Source: Verrucomicrobiota bacterium (GTDB taxonomy: Bacteria; Verrucomicrobiota; Verrucomicrobiia; Limisphaerales; AAA164-E04). Taken from it: a stretch of 64,000 bases of DNA. Position numbers and translations under genes: made by a program. The stretch lies in assembly GCA_047947115.1 (NCBI GenBank), contig CP170459.1:1696001-1760000 (forward strand), given 5' to 3'. The notes beneath the pieces are model-generated. The model was given only the letters and a program-made list of their open reading frames with translations, searched no databases and was not told where the DNA came from. This document shows positions 61,971 through 64,000 of this stretch, piece after piece (position 1 is the stretch's first letter; every line of letters begins with the position of its first letter).

Positions 61971-64000
61971 ATGAATATTTTGCTGACCATGCCCGCAAAT
62001 TTGCGGGTGTTTTGTGGGCTTTTCCTTTTCATTGTTTTGATGGGGATGGAAGCTCAGACATTACGTATCAATGAGTTTATGGCATCGAATGACGGTGTGT
62101 TGCTTGATGAGGATGGGGATAGTTCGGATTGGATTGAGATTTGGAATGAAGGACGGTCGCCGGTTTCGTTGGGGGGGCTGACCTTGACGGATGATTTGCA
62201 GGAGCCGGATCGCTGGGTTTTTCCAGATATGGAACTGGGTGCGAATGGATATCTGGTGGTGTTTGCGTCATCCAAGGACAGGCGTACGCCGGGTCGTGAA
62301 CTGCATACAAATTTCGAACTTGATCGAAATGGAGAAGCCCTGGCTTTGATGAAGAGAGGTGAAAATGGATATGAGCCCATTGAGGTTTTTGAATCCTATC
62401 CCCGGTTTCGGTCCAATGTCTCTTATGGTTTAGTCGTGGATCAGCCAACGGACACCTTTGTGTTCTTCAAACAACCCACTCCCGGAAGTGTCAACAGGGG
62501 CACTGGCGTTTTGGGATTTGTGCGGGATACCACTTTCAGTGTGGATCGGGGGTATTATGATGAGGCGTTTGATTTGGTGATTACAACCCCGACCCCGGGC
62601 GCAACGATTGTTTATACTTTGGATGGAACCATTCCTTCGGCGTCCAATGGCATTCGGGAGACCGCTTCGGGTGCTTCGGTTGCCCCTCAGGTTACGTTGC
62701 GCATTGAAAGCACCACACTGATACGTGCGATGGCGTTCAAGAACGGTTTCGAACCGACGGATGTGGATACACAATCGTACTTGTTTCATCAAGCATTGCT
62801 TCAGCAGGATGGAAGAGGTGAGCCCTACAGTCAATCCGTCCGATGGGGGCATGCCGGAGAGGATTGGGAGATGGATCCTCAAATATTGCAGCACAACAAC
62901 AGCGAGATTCGACCTGTGAAGGAGGATTTTTTACGACTGCCAACGTTGTCAGTTGTGATGGATTTTAAGGAAATGTTTGGTTCGGGGGGGATTTACATTG
63001 CCGGTCAAAGTGTGGAGCGCGATATGTCTGCGGAATGGATCAATCCGGATGGCGATATTCAGTCCCCTAACCAGAAGGCAGGTTTTCAGCATGACGGCAC
63101 GATTCAAATTGTGGGAGGAAGCAGTCCCAGCCGATGGAAATCGGATAAGTTGTCCATGCGATTGAAATTTAGCGGTGATTTGAGGTATCCCGTTTTTGGT
63201 GAGGAGGCCACCGATCGTTTTGATACCCTGGTGCTGGACGCGCGGTTGAACAACGTGTGGCATTACGGTGGCGGGGTGGAACCTGTTCCCCAACGGGATC
63301 GCGCCCAATACACGCGCGATCAATACGCCGCCAATCTGCATCAGGCCATGGGTGGACTTTCTCCGCATGGAAGGCATGCGCACATCATGATCAACGGCGT
63401 TTACTGGGGAATCCACACGGTGCATGAACGGCCTGACGACAATTTTGCCGCGAGTTATCTTGGGGGTGACAATGAGGACTACGATGTCGTTAAGCATGGA
63501 CCGGATGACGTCCTGCAGGGGAGTTCGGTCAATTACAGACAACTGCACAACCTGGCTGGACGTGATCTGTCTGATGCATTCAACTATGCTGCTGTTGAGG
63601 CTTTATTGGATATCGATGCGTTCATTGACTACATGGTCATGAATTATTACATCGGCAATGGTGATTGGGCGCATCATAATTGGTACGCCTCCTACAACAG
63701 AAAAGATCCGAACGGACGTTGGCGGTTTCACAGTTGGGATGCTGAGAAAGGATTGCACAATGTGACGGACAATGTCACGGGCAGGAATGATAACGGCGGG
63801 CCCACCTATTTGCATCATCAATTAGTTCGAAACGAAGCCTATCGTTTACGATTTGCCGATGATGCGTATCAGCACTTGCGCTATGGCGTGTTGACTCCGG
63901 AACAGGCGGGGCAGCTTTATCGGGAGATTTCGGATCCGATTGATTTGCCTATTCGTCTGGAATCCGCCCGTTGGGGGGATAATCAGCGAGGCAATCCTTA
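61971..64000 (+). CDS. Lamin-tail domain + Fn3/chitobiase-like + CotH kinase protein (3'-partial; absent from the ORF track)
   Basis: Own translation: MNILLTM...QTLRINEFMASNDGVLLDEDGDSSDWIEIWN (LTD), 'DTTFSVDRGYY', 'YTLDGTIP', 'INGVYWGIHTVHERPD', 'GNGDWAHHNW', 'WRFHSWDAE'. Frame runs off the window end. Confidence 0.9.
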   Translation, partial: MNILLTMPANLRVFCGLFLFIVLMGMEAQTLRINEFMASNDGVLLDEDGDSSDWIEIWNEGRSPVSLGGLTLTDDLQEPDRWVFPDMELGANGYLVVFASSKDRRTPGRELHTNFELDRNGEALALMKRGENGYEPIEVFESYPRFRSNVSYGLVVDQPTDTFVFFKQPTPGSVNRGTGVLGFVRDTTFSVDRGYYDEAFDLVITTPTPGATIVYTLDGTIPSASNGIRETASGASVAPQVTLRIESTTLIRAMAFKNGFEPTDVDTQSYLFHQALLQQDGRGEPYSQSVRWGHAGEDWEMDPQILQHNNSEIRPVKEDFLRLPTLSVVMDFKEMFGSGGIYIAGQSVERDMSAEWINPDGDIQSPNQKAGFQHDGTIQIVGGSSPSRWKSDKLSMRLKFSGDLRYPVFGEEATDRFDTLVLDARLNNVWHYGGGVEPVPQRDRAQYTRDQYAANLHQAMGGLSPHGRHAHIMINGVYWGIHTVHERPDDNFAASYLGGDNEDYDVVKHGPDDVLQGSSVNYRQLHNLAGRDLSDAFNYAAVEALLDIDAFIDYMVMNYYIGNGDWAHHNWYASYNRKDPNGRWRFHSWDAEKGLHNVTDNVTGRNDNGGPTYLHHQLVRNEAYRLRFADDAYQHLRYGVLTPEQAGQLYREISDPIDLPIRLESARWGDNQRGNP

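Overview
This 64 kb window looks like a PVC-superphylum bacterium, most likely Verrucomicrobiota. That is an inference from the DUF1592/DUF1552 pair, sulfatase/sialidase/PQQ-propeller genes, LTD-CotH proteins and a recurring terminal 'S-x-D-L-x-x-W...FFR' domain. Housekeeping anchors are few: tRNA-Glu(TTC), gnd and a UvrD/PcrA helicase. The accessory content includes an island-like block left of tRNA-Glu, a BlaI/M56 pair, three toxin-antitoxin loci with palindromic operators, a GH84 O-GlcNAcase + GNAT + orphan PTS-IIC cluster, and an IS630 remnant. It also holds an IS110 remnant whose long 3' non-coding end looks like a bridge RNA, and a coupled DUF4062 - AlbA_2/HATPase - membrane protein operon (candidate defence system) next to a degenerate tRNA half. 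A sigma54 circuit links a hybrid sensor kinase and an enhancer-binding protein with an unusual winged-helix tail to a tandem papain/NlpC-like target gene. There are many secreted multidomain proteins, several REP-like repeat families and a ~187-bp tandem array. At least eight genes carry inactivating lesions. All product calls come from motif recognition by eye; no searches were run.
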